Of a stretch of 64,000 nucleotides of DNA, positions 12,941 to 26,156 are shown in pieces. Origin of the DNA: Octopus sinensis (lineage: Eukaryota); contig NC_042998.1 in NCBI RefSeq assembly GCF_006345805.1, positions 95,542,001 to 95,606,000 of the forward strand, given 5' to 3'. The first letter of the stretch is position 1; each line of letters opens with the position of its first letter. The notes below the pieces were generated by a model, which saw only the letters and a list, made by a program, of their open reading frames with translations, did no database searches and was not told where the DNA came from. Made by a program: the position numbers and the translations under genes.

Positions 12941-13022
12941 AAGTAATGAACATGTGTTAAGATTTACAAAGATCTGCCATAATCTTGCTTCAGCTTTTAA
13001 TACATACATATATGTGAATATA

Positions 13023-13606
13023 TTAGGTTGGCAACTAAGTTCCCACCGTTTTTTAAAATTAGAATTCTTTAAAAGGTTTAATAAAAAATGACAATTAATT
13101 AATCAATAATGTATTCAACCTTGTTGTTTACAACTTCTTCCCAACGTTCAACAAGATTTCCAGAAATACCTCGTTGGTAGAAATCACCCGATTTCGACTT
13201 GAAAAATTGATCTAACCAAGCTCTCAATTCTGCATCAGAATTGAACGAAACTCCTCGCATAGCATGAGATCGAAAGAGTTTGAAATTCGTTGGTGCCAAA
13301 TAAGGAGAGTACTGCGGGTGTGCCAGCACTTCCCAGCCATGTGCTTGAATAACTTCCTTGGTCATATTGGCAATATGAGAGCGGGCGTTGTCGTGCAGCA
13401 GAAGAACTCCATGCTGACGATTTGGTCTTTTCTCTTGAATAGCCGTGTTGAGTCGTTCCATCTGTTGAACATACAGTTCCGCGTTGAACGTTTGGTTCCG
13501 TTCAAGCAATTCGTAATGGATAATCCCTTCCCACTCTCACCATACGCACAACATGGTTTTATGCGGATGATCTTGTTTCACCCGCGGTGTCTTTGTGTAT
13601 GTGTGT

Positions 13607-13647
<41 letters not shown>

Positions 13648-13708
13648 CGCGCGTGTTTCTCTGACCGCTTGAAAACCGGTGTTGGCGTAACCAAGCAGTT
13701 CGGAATGG

Positions 13709-13762
<54 letters not shown>

Positions 13763-14485
13763 CCATTCCTTATGCTGCTTCATATTGATGTACAGAAACC
13801 ATTTTTCGTCGCCAGTAACGATTCGGCAAAGAAATCGTTGCTTGTGTTCATGAGTTGAGCGGTGACGAGCAAACAGACCAGCGGAGATTGTGGCTCGTTG
13901 ATTTTTGTTGTTGTCACTTAAAGCATGCGGAACCCATGCTCCATACTTCCGAACCTTTCCGATTGAGTGAAGATGCTTCTCTATAGCAGTGTGGGAGCAT
14001 TCCATCAATTTTTCCCTTGTCGTTTGACGAGAATTTTCGTGCAAAAGTTGGTTTAATCGCTATTCATCGAACTTAACTGGACGGCCAGAACAAGGTGCGT
14101 CTTTGAGGTCAAAATTTTCACTTTTGAACTTGGCATACCAATCACGAGCGGTTCTTTCAGCTATGACATCTTCTCCATACACAGCACAAATGCTGTGAGC
14201 ACCTTTTGCGGCCTTAGAACCTTGATTAAAAGCAAAACGAAGGAGGTATCGAAAATGCTCGTTTTTCTTAACTTGACATTCCATTTTAATGACCTGAAAA
14301 TAAACAATAATTAACTAGAATCAACTAGAAAAAAAAAAGAAACAGCAATTTTAGCAAAACATATTGAGCAACACCAATAATAAATCAATAAACATAAAAC
14401 TAAACAAGCTTTTGAAGGTTTTATAGATATTACAAAATTATGATGCTATGATACTAAAGTGTTTCCATTATTTTGTCCAACCCTG
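13023..14485 (-). mobile_element. Mariner (D,D34D) transposon, disrupted
   Basis: Fragments MECQVKKNEHFRYLL...SGRPVKFDE, GAWVPHALS...VTGDEKW, LLHDNARSH and YSPYLAPTNF...WEEVVNNKVEY. About 1.3 kb after removing an insertion, with TA flanks. Confidence 0.9.
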
Positions 14486-14769
14486 TATATGTGTGTCTGT
14501 GTATATGTGTGAGTGTGTATGAATGTGTGTGTGCATGTATGTATGTATCTTTAAATACGAACTCAGTCTTACAGCTTATTGTTTCCACCCAAAACAGCAT
14601 TAGTCAGTTGCGTCAGTTCGTCTTCAAATAGACATGATGTGAATGAGCAATGGTTAAGTCAACAACTTAATGAATGAAGACACCTAAACTAAATATGGCT
14701 ACAAGAGGTTCAACAAGGGAAAGAGAATTAGAGAGAAAGAGAGAGTGACACGGATCTTTACACAAGCAC

Positions 14770-14789
<20 letters not shown>

Positions 14790-14802
<13 letters not shown>

Positions 14803-15660
14803 ACATTTTTAATTCCGCGCATTGTCTGTTTTTGATTTTGTCGACTACACAGTATAGTAGGGTCAGTTGGGCACCGTCTGTGAGAAAACAGCACCATGAC
14901 GTAATTTACTCTGCCAAAAATTCGGAAACGACATACTGTACTGCTTGGAATTCACGCCGGAAGCTCCAATACGAACATTTCAGAGTGTTTGGGTGTCAAT
15001 CTGAGGACAGTGCAGAGGATTTGGAGAGAGTTGGATGAATCTAATGATAATTACGAAGGTACAGCAGCTCGGAAAACTCACTCTGATCGTTATGATTAGA
15101 AAAGAACTGCTGAATTTGTTGGTGAGATCCAGGCTCTCCAAGTCAGTCAGGTCCTTCACCAGGGACATGGGAGTGTCTGAGTTTCTTATCAGGCAGGTAG
15201 TGCATGAAGACATTCGGTATTCCTCATACTAGATAAGAAAGGGCCAATTCTTATCCCAAGCTATCAAGGACAAGAGGAAAGACCGCGCTACGAAGCTTTT
15301 GAACAAACTCAAGCATCCCCGCCAACTGAACATGTTTTGGTTTTTCTCAGACGAGAAAAATTTCTGCTAGGATCAGATGATGAACACACAGAACAACTTG
15401 GTTTGCCGTGTTCCCAAAACATGTACCAAGAGTGATAAAAATCAAACATCCAGTCAACATCATAGTATTTGCAGTGATCACTAGTAACGGTGACGTTATA
15501 CTTCTATTCATCTTCCCACACAGCCTCAGACTCAACACGGAGGCCTACATCCAGTGCCTGGAAGAGGTAGTGCTGCCATGGGTGAAGAGGGTAGTTGCTG
15601 GAAGACCCTATGTCTGACAACAGGACTTTGCACCATACCACACAAGCAGGAGAACCAGTA
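14790..15660 (+). mobile_element. maT/DD37D-like Tc1-mariner relic, 3' truncated
   Basis: LGVNLRTVQRI..., WFFSDEKNF, KHPVNIIVFAVITSNG...RLNTEAYIQCLEEVVLPWVKRVVAGRPYV*QQDFAPYHTS. Confidence 0.75.
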
Positions 15661-15906
15661 GAGTAAGATGAGAATCAAAGTGGTCCATAGGCAAAAATGT
15701 GGTTGAAAGCCACTGCTCGAACGATTCTGTCAGTAACACCAGAAGGAATATTGATGATGAAAGTGAAACCGGAAGTCAAAAGTAAAGCGGGAACATATGA
15801 TAATGTTTTGAACTAGAGCTTGAGATAAAGTGAAGTCGTTATTAGCATGTTTAGAAGACAAATCCATTATAGAGGATGTTCTTTTAGTCCTCACCTAGGT
15901 TTCGAC

Positions 15907-16223
<317 letters not shown>

Positions 16224-16835
16224 GGGCGTTACTTCTTACTTCCTCGCGTACTGACATTAAATGTCGTGACATTTTACCTCATAACTCTTTTTCTACTAAT
16301 TTTTGTTCAATGCGACAAACGATTCTGAATTTCTTATGCATTTTTCTATCATTTAAGCTTAAGAAAAGTATATCTTTATTTTAAAAATAAAAAAAAAATG
16401 TTGTGTTAATTGAAGATGAATATCTGCCTTACTGCCCACCTTGAGGTCTAACATATTTTGATATAACATTTTTCTTACTGAACCAATTATCAAACTATTT
16501 ATGCCAAAGCGCAGTTGAGGAGGATTCCTCTTTAAAACTAATAACAGTTTGCAATTTAGTTGAGAACTGAACTAGTGGTAAAGCTTGGAAGCTGCTGCGG
16601 TTGACGAAATGGGGGACTTAAGAATATATTTAACCACTACCGAGGTTGAATGATATATATATTATATATATATTATATATATATATATATTATATATATA
16701 TCAGTCAGAGTGTACAGTATTATATATTCATTACGGCCAAACTTACGAATCGGTTTCGCACTTGGGGTTCAATGGGGTGTTAGACAACAACCTGATTAAC
16801 TAATCCTGCGTTCTTCAGAGATAGCAGTTAGATGG

Positions 16836-16892
<57 letters not shown>

Positions 16893-17147
16893 TATATATA
16901 TAATGAATTTTTTGACACATACTCTTATGAACGAGTAGGAAATAATTTTGAGTCATTACTGTTTTACTTGTTTAAGTCATTTGACTGTGACCATACTGGA
17001 TCACCGCCATTAGTCGAGCAAATCGACCTCAGGACTTATTCTATCCGTCTTTTTTGCCGAACCGCTAAGTTACGGGGACGTAAACAGACCAGCATCGGTT
17101 GTCAAGCGATGTTGGGAGACAAACACAGATACACAAACACACACACA

Positions 17148-17195
<48 letters not shown>

Positions 17196-18238
17196 CACAC
17201 ATATATAGTGAAAATATGATGAAAAACGAAAGGACAGCATTAATGTGAATGGAAGATATTATTTGTAAAAGTCTCCCTCTTCTAAGTCACCTCCAAGAAT
17301 TATTACTCTTTAGGTATGCATATACATATTAGGCAGACATAAATATGTAAAATTTCTTTAAAATTTTGGCACAAGGCCAGCAATTTTAACTTGATGGCAA
17401 GTTAATTACATAGACTTCAGTAATTATTTTACCGAACCCCCAAAGAATGAAAGGCAAAGTTGACTTTTAGTGGATTTGAACTTTGAAAGCTACGAGCCAG
17501 AAGAAATGCCTCAAGACATTCTTTGTCCGACGAGCCAAAGATTCTGCAGTTCGCCATTTTGGTATTAACTATAACTATACACTGAAAACTAGAAACTGTG
17601 ATACTGAACATACAGAGACGAACACATACACACGTATACACGCACATACGCCCATACTCGCACATATTTATGATACGCAAGTATGAGCTAAACTGGCAGC
17701 ACCTACGTGGACACACGACATGCTAGAAATAACCATAAAAACTTCTTTAAATCACTCCCTACAAATTTTTAATAGAAAAAACACGTTAGATGATACTGCC
17801 CTGTATGATAAAAAAATATGAAATGGTCATAGCTATAAAGCCGGTTGCATGGATCTGAAATATGATTCATCCTACAATTCATGTACCATAAGTATGCTTC
17901 TTTAAGCTTTAACAGTATCGTGAAGATATACACGGAAAGTTAAGTCTAAGTAAACCTTATTAAATCATAGAATCTCCTCCTGTATCTAAGGAAAGACAGT
18001 CTGAAGGAACGCTACTTACTCTCCATGCAATAGCCATGGAGGTATTCGAAATAATTGCTGCAAGCGCAAGAGGCTTTCATTAAATACTTGATACTCTGTA
18101 TCGCTATAGGATATGAATTTATTATTAATAGGACTAAACCAATAAGAGTCGTGTTTCTCTAGATACAACGGAGCGATAGAAACAGACAAAATACAAATTT
18201 TGGACTCTTCCGAGACGTCTTATTCATTAGCTCATATG

Positions 18239-18542
18239 CATAAGTTCTCAAAGTGGGCGCTACCGCCCCCGTCCACCGGTGGGCGTCGAGAGGGTCCAGG
18301 TGGGCGCTAGTGTCTTAAGGGGGCGGTGGTGGTAGAGAAAAAGGAAGCATTGGGAGGAAGGCAATGGAATGGGGGACGCTATGAATTTATAGTATTATTG
18401 TATTGTATACAAATCATAATATATTAAATATCAAATGATTCATAGTATATATAAATTAGTAAAATATAAAATATGTATTTACACATGAAAATAGGGGTGG
18501 GGCGCTGAGGGTATTATGTAGCCATGAGTTTGAGAACCTCTG
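18239..18542. mobile_element. Non-autonomous hAT-like element with 8-bp TSD
   Basis: Ends cataagttctcaaa / tttgagaacctctg. Flanks CTCATATG (18231-18238) and CTTATATG (18543-18550) match at 7/8. Confidence 0.75.
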
Positions 18543-18995
18543 CTTATATGTATTAAAAAGAGGTAAGCTAATATATCTATTAGCGCACTGATAAATGAAA
18601 GAGAAAAAACTGGAGGGAAGAAGGAAGACAGATGAAAAAGGAAAAGGAAAGGATAGGTAAGAAAAGAAGCAAGAAAGAAAATGTAAACGAGTAATTGTTG
18701 AATGGATTGTTCAAAGAAGGAATATTGAGAAGAAGGTGTGAGTGAAATTAAGTTTCTCAGAGGAAGTATTATGTGACAAACAATGAAGACCAGATTGTTA
18801 AACAGGTTTATATTCTCCGTTTTAAATGCTTTCGGGACATCACTAATGCTCTTATCTAGCAAAAAAGAAAGATAGCACGATTACTTTGTCTCTTATTTCC
18901 AAAAATTCACAGGATTCGATCTTAACCTTTATATTTGTTGTAATAAGGAGGAAATGATTATTATTCAACTGATGGCGGTGAACTGACAAAATCAT

Positions 18996-19325
18996 TGGCA
19001 CGTAGGGCAAAATGCTTAGCGGAATTTTGTCTGACCTGACACTCTGAGTTCAAATTCCGCCTAGCACACAGGACAAAATGTTTAGCGGAATTTTGTCTGA
19101 CCTGGCACTCTGAGTTCAAATTCCGCCTAGCACACAGGGCAAAATGTTTAGCGGAATTTTGTCTGACCTGGCACTCTGAGTTCAAATTCCGCCTAGCACA
19201 CAGGGCAAAATGTTTAGCGGAATTTTGTCTGACCTGGCACTCTGAGTTCAAATTCCGCCTAGCACACAGGGCAAAATGTTTAGCGGAATTTTGTCTGACC
19301 TGGCACTCTGAGTTCAAATTCCGCC
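18996..19325 (+). repeat. Five tandem 66-bp units inside a family B SINE (18973-19430)
   Basis: agg(g/a)caaaatg recurs at 19004, 19070, 19136, 19202 and 19268. Units are nearly identical and each carries the B-box-like gagttcaaatt. Confidence 0.92.
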
Positions 19326-20445
19326 TTTCATCCTTTCGGGGTCGATGAAATAAGTACCAGTCACGTACTGGGTTCGATGTAATCGACTCGCCTTCTCTTC
19401 TGAAGTTTCAGGTCTTGTGCCATAGTAGAAAGGAAAAGAAAATGATTACTATTCAGCTGGACATTGAAGATGAGAGATTAGTAGACTCTTTAGAGCGTCG
19501 GACAAAATTCCTTCCTGTATTTGTTCCGGCTCTTTACCTCGAGGTCAACTTTACCTTTCATCTTTTCGGGGTTCGATAAAATAAAGAACCAGTCAAATAC
19601 TGGAGTCAATATAATTGATTAACACATCTCCACAAATAGCAAGCCTTACACCGGTATTTGAAACAATCATTAGGATAGACACTTTTATCTTCAGCGAAGT
19701 CCTCGTCAAATTCCGAAATTCCCCATGAAGAATATGACGGTGGCGATGGATGTGCTAGCATCCAATAATTTTTTGGAAAAATGAATGGAAGTAGTGAGTA
19801 TGGCCCGAGTAAACGGGCTTATTTCAGTAGGCACCTGAAGGCTGGAAAACACAGATGGAGAGGGCGCTTGTTAGACTTCATGTGGGATATATACTGCGAA
19901 GTGTGTGTGTGTGTGTGTGCGTGCCGTGACTTTTCACGCGCGGTGTTTGTGTGTTTTTAGTTGATGTGCGCATGTATAATATGTGATGGTGTGTGTATGT
20001 TTTGATGAGTGTATGTGTGTTTGTGTGTGTATCTACCTATACCTTGTCATGTTTATGTAATTTTTGATGACGTGGTAGCGCAAATGTGTGTGTTTTAGTC
20101 CTGTACAGAGCTGTATGAGTGCGCCTGCGCGTATGTGTTGTGTATATTTTGGCTATGTAATGATATTTGACATGTTTGCAGCATGTATATGCGAATTTAA
20201 GCGTATGTGCATTTGCTTATCATCTTTACTGTAAGAGTGTGCGCGTGCATGTTTATGCGGAGGAGGCATGTTTGTGCGTGCGTATGTGTACGCGTGTGCG
20301 CGCGAACTTGTTTACTTTCTCTTTTGATGTGAAATTGAGCTTATGTTCACATTTGATTATATCTACAGTAAGTGTATGTGTGCGTGAACGTTGGATATGT
20401 GTGCGCTCTCACTGGATTTTGTGTGTTTCTGTATGTTACTCTTCT

Positions 20446-20658
20446 ACTCTTTTACTTGTTTCAGTCATTTGACTGCGGCCATGCTGGAGCACCGCCTTTA
20501 ATCGAGCAACTCGACCCCGGGACTTATTCTTTTGTAAGCCCAGTACTTATTCTATCGGTCTCTTTTGCCGAACCGCTAAGTGACGGGGACGTAAACACAC
20601 CAGCATCGGTTGTCAAGCAATGCTTGGGGGACAAACACAGACACACAAACACACACAC

Positions 20659-20695
<37 letters not shown>

Positions 20696-20845
20696 TACGA
20701 CGGGCTTCTTTCAGTTTCCGTCTACCAAATCCACTCACAAGACTTTGGTCGGCCCGAGGCTATAGTAGAAGACACTTGCCCAAGGTGCCACGCAGTGGGA
20801 CTGAACCCGGAACCATGTGGCTGGTAAACAAGCTACTTACCACAT
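20446..20845 (-). mobile_element. SINE family A, full length (another 3' half follows at ~20895-21100)
   Basis: High similarity to 53505-53905 and 59101-59500. Confidence 0.85.
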
Positions 20846-21111
20846 ATTTTTTTCCTTTAAAGTGTGTGTATGTGAGTGTGGATTTTACAGTATTTTCTTT
20901 TATTCTTTTATTCGTTTCAGTCATTTGACTGCGGCCATGCTGGAGCACCACCTTTAGTCGAACAAATCGACCCCAGGACTTATTCTTTGCAAGCCTAGTA
21001 CTTATTCTGTCGGTCTCTTTTGCCGAACCGCTAAGTTACGGGGACATAAACACACCAGCATCGGTTGTCAAGTGATGTTGGGGGAACAAATACAGACACA
21101 CAAACACACAA

Positions 21112-21164
<53 letters not shown>

Positions 21165-21171
21165 CACACAC

Positions 21172-21639
21172 ATAAAGTGATAGTGTGTTGTCAACTTAAT
21201 GTGACAGTCCCATGAAAGGAAAGAATGCTACTGCTATTTAGTCCTAGGAAACGCCGTTTCCTATTGGCCTTGACACATCTCCTGTGTCCGTATGTTTTCA
21301 AAGGGGAGATAAGCACCTCCACCCTGCAAATCCAGCATACAAGAAATGTTGTATGTATTGTCCTGTACTGTCCCATCTGTGTATTGATCTTTATGGTCGT
21401 AATAAATAATTCAGCTAGTAAGCTATGCTACTCCAGACTGATGATGAGCAATAACTCTGAAACTAGTCTGTAGATGATGGCTTTGCTGGGTGGAGGTGCT
21501 TATCTCCCCTTTGAAAACATAAGGACACAGGAAATGTGTCAAGACCAACAAGAAACGGTGCTTCCTAGGGCTAAATAGCAGTAGCATTCTTCCTTTCCTG
21601 GGACTGTCACTTTAAGTTGACAACATACTATCACTTTAT
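21172..21639. repeat. Fold-back element with ~165-bp arms
   Basis: 21172-~21341 is the reverse complement of ~21469-21639 with scattered mismatches. The loop contains AATAAA and a hammerhead-like motif. Confidence 0.85.
21431..21473 (+). ncRNA. Minimal type I hammerhead-ribozyme-like motif
   Basis: CTGATGA (21438-44), stem II GAG/CTC, GAAA (21459-62), palindromic ACTAGT and GTC triplet. Stem I register is imperfect (needs a GA bulge). Confidence 0.45.
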
Positions 21640-21761
21640 CGTGTTGCTACTGTATAAATCTCTCTGAGAGATTTAGAAATGTATTATACATACATGCATA
21701 CACACACACACACACACACATATATATATGTATATACATACATACATACTACATACATACA

Positions 21762-21793
<32 letters not shown>

Positions 21794-22327
21794 AAAGGGA
21801 TGACCTGTAAGTGGATATCCAATATGCTAGAAGAAGATCCGCTATGGTCTTACACTAAGAAAGGAATGTTCTCAAGAAAATTTAACAAACGCCAGAACGT
21901 AAGCGAGCAAGACAAATGAAAAGATACAAAATATAAATTTATCACAAATCAGGTTTCGTTGTTAATGCTTACGTAATCATTTACGTAATCATCCGCAAAC
22001 TCGTCAGTGTGATCGTCTTAGCAACTATAATTTATAAAACTATACACGAGACGTCCTCATGAAATTGAACATGTATACAGTTCTGCCAATTACAATTGGA
22101 GTCACTTTTCAAAAGCCTTCGTTTTGGCATTTGCTAAATTTTCTTGAGAACATTCCTTTCTTAGTGGTAAGACCATAGCGGATATTCTTCTAGCATAATG
22201 GATGTCCACTTACAGGTCATCCCTTTTATATGTAATATAATTTTTTCTGAAACTTCAGATTTTTAAATATGCTGGACCACTGGTTTTTAAATTGATATTA
22301 ATCAAATTAATATTCAATTTTTCACCC

Positions 22328-22386
<59 letters not shown>

Positions 22387-22860
22387 GAGTGAGAGAGCAG
22401 TGCATGCCATCAAAGTGACACTGGGGTAAAATATACGAAGCCCAATATACCCATCATGACTAACCGTCTGATAAAGGTACACCAGGCACATGCATCACAA
22501 CCATATGTGCGCGACATGGTGATCTCATATCAAGATAAACACCACATGACCTTGCAGGTGGGGCCCAGTTAGAATTTTCTTCAGGTTGAGTAGCCCATCC
22601 CGCTCAAAAGGTCCCTGAATAAGGGTTGTTTAAGGATGTTGAAAGAACCACCCGTGTTTCCAGAGGTGAATTATTCAAACCCCAAAGAATCCCTCTCAAC
22701 ACATGGTTATGATGCTCCCCCACTACTTCTGCTCGTGATCAGAGATGCACATATCGTCAGCCACTAAGGGACATGCTCAACTTGTTAAGGTCAAACAACT
22801 GACAAGCAAATCTGTGGTATTGAGCAGAATATTTGCTGTAGCCCATCTTTTATACCAAGA

Positions 22861-22861
<1 letters not shown>
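22387..22861 (-). mobile_element. Non-coding retroelement-like repeat bounded by (TTA)n on both sides
   Basis: Close match to 33481-33950. On the minus strand it ends ...ctctctcactc(AAT)n. Confidence 0.65.
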
Positions 22862-22913
<52 letters not shown>

Positions 22914-23238
22914 TATTATTATTATTATTATTTATATATATATACACGACGGGCTTCTTTCAGTTTCCGCCTACCTAATCCACTCACAAGGCTTTGGTCG
23001 GCCCGAAGCTATAGTAGAAGACACTTGTCCAAGGTGCCACGCAGTGGGACTGAACCCGGAACCATGTGGTTGGTAAGCAAGCTACTTACCACACACACAC
23101 TTCTGGTGTATGTTTGTGTATAAATTCACAGCGAATGTGTATATATTTGAGGAGTACGCGTATGCGCTTGTATTTTTTGTGTGTAAGTTTGTGTGTTGTT
23201 CTGCGTGTGTATGTCACTGTCTTGTGTAGTCATGTGTG

Positions 23239-23277
<39 letters not shown>

Positions 23278-23989
23278 GTGTGTCGCTGTTTTTGTGTATG
23301 TGTATGTGTTTGCTTCTAGTGTGTATGAGTGTGAACGGTGTATACATATAGTATATGTATACACAAAAATTAACGCATGATACGTTTGTTTTTGTGTGTG
23401 TAGTTATTGCTTGATTTGGAATGGGTTGTTTTTGTTGTCATTTAATATATATGCAACAGAAGAAATTGCTCGTATTTTGGCAGCGACTGTCTAGCTTTTT
23501 GTAAGCGTTTGTGTGTCTGCTAGTGCTTTATTGTATGTATGCGTTGCGTGTGTTACATCTGCATGCATTTGTGTATATTTTGTAAATAGTGTGTGAGCAT
23601 ATGCACATGGTTAGGAATGGAATTATGTTTGCGTTTATAGTATCGTTTGAATGTTTTCGAAAATGTGTTTCCGTGTGTGTGTGTGTGTCCGTGTGTGTGT
23701 GTGTGTGTGTGTCTGTGTTTGTGTGTGTGTCTGTGTGTGTGCGTCTGTGTGTGTGTCTGCATGTGTGTGCTCACTAGTATTTCGTACATGTTTTTGTAGT
23801 AATGTATCCTTGCTGTGTGTATGTGCGTATTTTTGAGTTGTGTGTTTGCTTTGCATGTTTGTTTTATGTGTTTGTGCTCTGTGTGAACGTCGTGCGCGCG
23901 TGCATGTATATGAACGCATATGTATGCATATCATTGTATATGTGCGTGTTAGATGACATTAGTGTGAGATATTAAAAAGGAGAGGTGTG

Positions 23990-24540
23990 GAAATGAGACC
24001 GTGAGCGGTGAAAGTTTATAGAGAAAAGATCATTTCTTGTTCTCTACGAGAACGAGAGTTGCGTGAGGTGCTGTACAGAGCAAGGTAGCATACTGAGAGA
24101 TGCAGGGTGGAGTAATCTGCAGAACGGAAATGGTGCGAGACGGGAGACTTGTTCCTGTGCTGAATGTCTCGGAAGTGCTTCGTAAATTGGTCGGCCAGAC
24201 GCCGGCCAGTTTGTCCGATGGAGTTGCAATGCGAGTATTTTTAGCAGCAGATAAGTAAAGGAGATTTTAAGAGGTGCTGCTAAAAGAATTGGTTAGGGAA
24301 AGAAATTAACTGTTGGGTCAGGTGAGAGTGGTGTTTGTGGTGACGAAAAACGGCTAGATGTGGCAGCAAGTTCGGAAACATAGAAGAGACTCTGGTTAGA
24401 TCCTGGAGCAGTGAGAGGTGAAAGTTTTCTGCCAATAAGTTACGTAGGTTGCGACTGCGCTTCAAAGAGGAAAGTGATGGGCTGGAGGTTTTACTGTTGG
24501 ACTGGAGAAAAGCGAGTAGAATACTGCACTAGAGGAGTAA
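23990..24540 (-). mobile_element. Penelope-like element GIY-YIG relic
   Basis: KRSRNLRNLL...IGQTGRRLADQFTKHFRDIQH...PVSHHFRS...REQEMIFSL*TF..HGL. Confidence 0.75.
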
Positions 24541-24834
24541 TATGAAAGAATGTTAAGTGAAGAGAAATAGGAGACAGTTGTTGGTGAGGTAGACAGGGTG
24601 TAAGTGAGTGGATGTATAGTCGACTTCACGGGTGCCGCTGAGAATGGTTTGGACTATGACGGGGTGATATCCACATCGTGTAAAAAAAACTAGATCGTGT
24701 TGTGGCTGGATATCAAAATCTTGCCGAGGTCAACTTTGCTTTTCAAACTCCTGGGCTTGTTGAAAAAAGTAATAGTCATAATCTGAAGTCAATTTAATCG
24801 GCTAATCCCCTCCCGCAAACTTTGTGGACTTGTG

Positions 24835-25460
24835 TCTGCGTAGAGATGGACAAAAAGCAATCAACCACATTGTTGCTGATTGCTAAGTCTTTGTCAAAAA
24901 AAAGGATACTTCCAAGTGCATGACAGAGTTGTGACTTGCATACGCTGAAAGTTATGCTAACGCAATGAAATACTAACGAAAAGGAGAAAGTATCGGGATT
25001 CACTAGAAAATACTTCTGAGAACGACAAAGTAAGCATACTCCGGAATATATTAATACATACAAACAAGGAGAACAATGATAATCGACCTGGTATCGTTGT
25101 CAAGGGCCATTACGAAAAGAAATGTTTCCTAATCGACATATTAATCCCAACAAATAATAATGTATTCTTAAAAGAAATGGGGAAAATTATCCAATTATAA
25201 ATATTTAGAAACAGAAACAACCTGAATGTGGGTTCTGAAAACAGAAAACAGTCCCAATAGTAATAATGACTGGCGCTTTGGGAAGATCAAAATACATCAG
25301 ACAAATACATAACCAAAACTTCAACCCTGACAATTTGTATAACATAGAATATAGCATTTCAAATACAATAAAAATTACAAGGCAAATGAAAAAGCTGCAC
25401 AGCCTAATACACAGTGCTGCTCTTTGTAGTGTAATGAAAGCATTAAAAAAATCGGACTAC
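24835..25460 (+). mobile_element. R4/Dong-like LINE 3' relic (RLE endonuclease region)
   Basis: NNRPGIVVKG..EKKCFLIDI.IP...TVPIV.TGALG, followed by (TAA)n. Confidence 0.6.
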
Positions 25461-25462
25461 TG

Positions 25463-25506
<44 letters not shown>

Positions 25507-25526
25507 TGATGATGATGATGATAATG

Positions 25527-25615
<89 letters not shown>

Positions 25616-25632
25616 AAGAAGAAGAAGAAGAA

Positions 25633-26124
25633 GGGGATGAAGGTGAAAACAATACCAGTAATAATTGGAGTATTGGGTATGATATAAAAAAACGTTTGAA
25701 CATAAACGTAGAAACTGTACCTGGACCCTCAACACTACACACTATAAAAAAGCCCTGCTACGAACAGCTTACATCCTACTCATTATCAATTCAATAACAC
25801 AATCCAAACAAAGCAATCCACAAACAGAAGGCACACGCTATACAGTAAATACAGAGCCACCACATGTACTCTACAGGCCAGATATCCAACAGAAGAATAC
25901 AACTTGCATTACTCACACACCACAAAAAATACAAACGCCAATACTATTACAAAACAAACTGATGCAATACAATACCGGGAAGAGTTCGCACTCCCCCCCC
26001 CAATAACAAAAATGAATACACAATACGTCACACACTTCAGCAACACGGAGGTGCAGCAGATGATGCAGTAGAAATCTGCCTGAAACTATCAAACTTTGAA
26101 TAATAATGTAATAATAATAATAAT

Positions 26125-26156
<32 letters not shown>

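Noticed and set aside
18961-19317. 118-aa ORF with a 22-aa repeat, or a CRISPR-like array
   Set aside because: The frame is open because the unit is 66 bp (a multiple of 3) and derives from a SINE. The units are contiguous with no unique spacers and no cas genes are present.
19690-19870. Candidate exon (good minus-strand acceptor ttttccag near 19845)
   Set aside because: All three frames hit stops before a plausible donor, and no homology was recognised.
22255-22491. Paralogous ORFs MCLVY.YQT...poly-N (also 33151-33585)
   Set aside because: They are the end of the (TAA)n-bounded repeat read into the microsatellite.
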